Below are positions 60,846 through 64,000 of a DNA stretch of 64,000 bases, piece by piece (the stretch's first letter is position 1; each line of letters starts with the position of its first letter). A model generated the notes under the pieces. That model saw only the letters and a list, made by a program, of their open reading frames with translations. It searched no databases and was not told the DNA's origin. The DNA is from Squalus acanthias (Eukaryota), in NCBI GenBank assembly GCA_030390025.1, contig CM059432.1, positions 66,900,001 through 66,964,000 of the forward strand, in the 5' to 3' direction. A program made the position numbers and the translations under genes.

Positions 60846-61744
60846 GTGTCTAAGCAGCCACAGCAGGGAAGTGAGCCGTCTGCCTCTACCTCTGCTGAAG
60901 CCACAGGGGTGCATCTCATAGAAGCACTCGGAAAAGTAAAAAGACACAAAAGTAGATGCACAAGGGTATTCACATGGGTATATGAACAAATGTTAGTGAT
61001 AAGTGTCAGTTATATTTATGGCACATAAATTTATTTCTTTGCACCACTTTCTGGTCTTGTCCATTTTTGCCTGCTACCTGGGAAGTGGTCTTGTCACTTG
61101 GAGTGAATGGTGAGACATTACTTAACCTCGAGCAATGGGGGTTTGGGTGAGTGGAATGGCTTGGTCATTGTTGGGCTGCTTTATGGTGTTGTTGGGGGTG
61201 GGGGGGGGAGAAACCTAGTACAGCATGTGGCAACCATATGGGTGCATTGGAGCAAGTTAAGTAAATCTGGCCATTTTTAGACCTTCCCGGGCCTCCCGGG
61301 CAGCAATGTGCACTGCTGCTGGTGCCATCTCCACCTCAGATTCCTCCTCTTCCTCCTCCTCATCTTCCACCTGTTCCTCCTCCTCCTCTGAAGAGGCTGT
61401 GTGCTCTGTGCCTTGCTCCTCCTGCAGCTTCAATCCTTGCTGCTGTGCTATGTTGTGCAGCGCGCAGCAAATGATGATGATTCTGGAGACCCTGGTTGGT
61501 GCGTACTGAAGTGCCCCTCCAGATCTGTCAAGGCATCTGAAGCGCATCTTCAGCATGCCTATTGCTTGCTCTATGACACATCTGGTGGCTCTTATTATAA
61601 TGCTCCTGCACCTCAGTACTTGGCCTCCTCAAGGGTGTCATGAGTCACATCTCAGTGGAAAGCCCTTGTCTCCAAGCAGCCAGATGATAAGTCTCTTTGG
61701 AGGTGCGAAGAGCTGAGGGAGAATGGACTGGTGCAGCATGAAAG

Positions 61745-62168
61745 TTTATTGGAGTTTAGAAGAATGAGAGGTGATCTTATTGAAATATATAAGATTCTGA
61801 GGGGGCTTGACAGGGTAGATGCAGGGAGGATGTTTCCACTCGTGGGGGAATCTAGAACTAGGGAGCATAGTTTCAGAATAAGGGGTCGCCCATTTAAAAC
61901 GGAGATGAGGAGGAATTTCTTTTCTCAGAGGGTCATGAATCTTTGGAATTCTCTACCCCAGAGAGCTGTGGAGGCAGAGTTATTGAATATATTTAAGGTG
62001 GATAAGACAGATTTTTGAATTATAGGGGAGTCAAGGGTTATGGGGAACGGGCAGGAAAGTGGAGTTGAGGCCAAGATCAGATCAGCCATGATCTTATTGA
62101 ATGGCGGAGCAGGCTCGAGGGGCCAAATGGCCTACTCCTGCTCCTATTTCTTATGTTCTTATGTTCTT
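61745..62168 (+). mobile_element. CR1 3' fragment inserted in the copy E transposase
   Basis: 7-bp TSD ATGAAAG; (TTCTTATG)n tail. Confidence 0.93.
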
Positions 62169-64000
62169 ATGAAAGAGTCATGACAGCTGCCAGGGAATCT
62201 GGCGCACACATGCATGATGATCTTTTTATGGTTGCAGACGAGCTGCACATTGAGGGAGTGGAAGCCCTTGCAGTTCACAAACACTCCTGGGTGATGATGG
62301 GGTGCCTTCATGGCCACATGTGTGCTGTCGATGATGCCCTGCACCTGTGGGAAGCCAGCCAGTGCTGCAACATCGTGTGCCCGCTCAGTAACACTGGCTT
62401 CATCAGTAGCAAAGTTGACATAATTGGCTGACTTGTGAAACATCGCATCGGTCACCTGGGTGATGCATCTGTGGGTGGCCGACTGCGAGATCCTGCAAAT
62501 TTCTGCTGCAGATCCCTGAAAGGAGCCTAAGGCGAAGAAGTTGAGGGCGGTGGTGACTTTAAGGCATGTCCATCAGGACCTCTGGGCAGCAGGTCTTGTT
62601 CCAGCAAGCTACAAATACCTGCGACGACCTGGCACGATAGCCTGAGCCTCCTTTGGCACTGCTGCTCAGTCATGTTGAGAAAGCTCATCCTCTGCCTGTA
62701 TACCCTGTGTTGGGGGTATCACCTCTGATGCATTGCAGCCCTGTGGTGCCCCCCTCTCCTGTAGAACATCAGGTCATTGAGGAGAAGGCTGCTGTTGTGG
62801 TTGCTGCTGCTGCTGGTGTGGCTGGTGTTGTTGGTGCTGCGGCTCATCTTGGTCTGATTCTGAGGTCCAAGGTGAGACAGCATAAGCAGCACCCATGCTG
62901 ATGTAATTGATGGCAGGTAAAGTGGAGATCAAAGGCCCAATCCCTCAATATTGTGATAGTGAGTAGCAATGATGTGAGAGTGGCTTCTAAGGTTGCAAAA
63001 ATAGCACTGCAAACTCCTGACAGCTAAATCTCTGCTCAAGTAAGCAACAGCCTTTCCATTAGCCAACTAAGCAGGTGTAATGTGTGAGTATTTACATGTT
63101 TTTCCCAGCTGTCAATTAATGAACTCGCAAAATGACCACTGAGTTTCTGCCTCCCCTTCACAGGCGAGGTTCCCAAGGTGCATGCATCCCATGCTCCAGT
63201 AGTTAAAGTCCCAACCTGCTGTTAAAAGCCTCTTAAGGGTCTCTCAATAAGCATTTAAGTACTTCAATGAGGTCGCACGCCTCTGCCGAGCGGGTCCGTG
63301 TCGTACTGGGAAACGTGCCTGAGTTAAATGCGGAATTCGCGGGATGACAGCGGGTTCCTGACGCGCGGCCATTTTGGCGATTTTTTTCTGCTCACCCGCC
63401 TCCAAACCCGCTCACTCGGGCCTGGGAAAATTCCGGGCCTAAAGTCCCTTCGGGATCTGGGTTAGGTCGGTTGCTCTTCACTATTAATGATCTGGATGAT
63501 TAATATGCAAAAATGACGGACAGGAAAAGATCAGCTGTTCTATCAAGCTTGTCCCATACTGTTATAATGCAATGTAACGCCGTGAGCCTCATCGCTCCCC
63601 ACCCACCAGCACCAGGTAATCTGGGAGTCAATAAAACAGGAAAAACCATAAGCTAATTTGGGGGAGAGGGAAGAATCTGAGAAATTCTTCTCCAATCTCT
63701 GAAGGCTATCAAAACAAGTTACAGAAGACAAAGTCATTGGGAGACACATTGCCCAATACGCCATCTATCGTTTGTGCACTGATTTCAGCGATAGTTTGGA
63801 TTGTCCTCACAATGCATCCTAATACTGTGGTTTTTTTGCTACAGCCTTGCAGCAGTGGTCATAAATTTCAAGAGATTCATGTACTATAACAACTAGGTCT
63901 TTCTCCCATTCAACAGTCTTAAATTCATAGCCCTGCAAGGTATAAACATATTTGGTGTCAGCCCTACCCACATGCATAACACTGCATTTATCTTTATTAA

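Larger units (their letters stand above)
58785..63439 (+). mobile_element. Harbinger copy E (divergent family; Myb pseudogene ~59058-60960 +, transposase pseudogene 62896-61257 -), inserted in an old CR1 remnant
   Basis: Termini GGCCGGATT / [78 protein letters not shown]. Confidence 0.88.

Overview
Eukaryotic genomic DNA made almost entirely of nested transposable elements. The repeat families suggest a cartilaginous fish; this is an inference. No host protein-coding gene could be supported. The dominant component is PIF/Harbinger DNA transposons. About eight coding copies carry a HARBI1-type DDE transposase and a convergent 3-exon Myb/SANT gene, and about eight non-autonomous derivatives have 12-bp TIRs and 3-bp TSDs. 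One copy (41619-45810) is nearly intact: its spliced Myb gene is open (459 aa), but its transposase has a nonsense codon and a catalytic D->Y change. Also present are many CR1 LINEs (one near full length, with an esterase ORF1) and a second CR1/L2-group LINE family. A TSD-bounded RTE LINE has a minisatellite 5' end and a structured 5' UTR. A young Penelope-like (Neptune-type) element has 689-bp inverted repeats, each carrying a minimal hammerhead ribozyme core. There is also a poly(A) L1/Tx1-type insertion and some SINE remnants. The most notable signals are the Penelope ribozyme/tail architecture and the shared cis-architecture of the Harbingers: subterminal TAGCGCC arrays, inward-facing promoters, a palindromic bidirectional poly(A) site, relaxed TSDs, and insertion into each other's ends.
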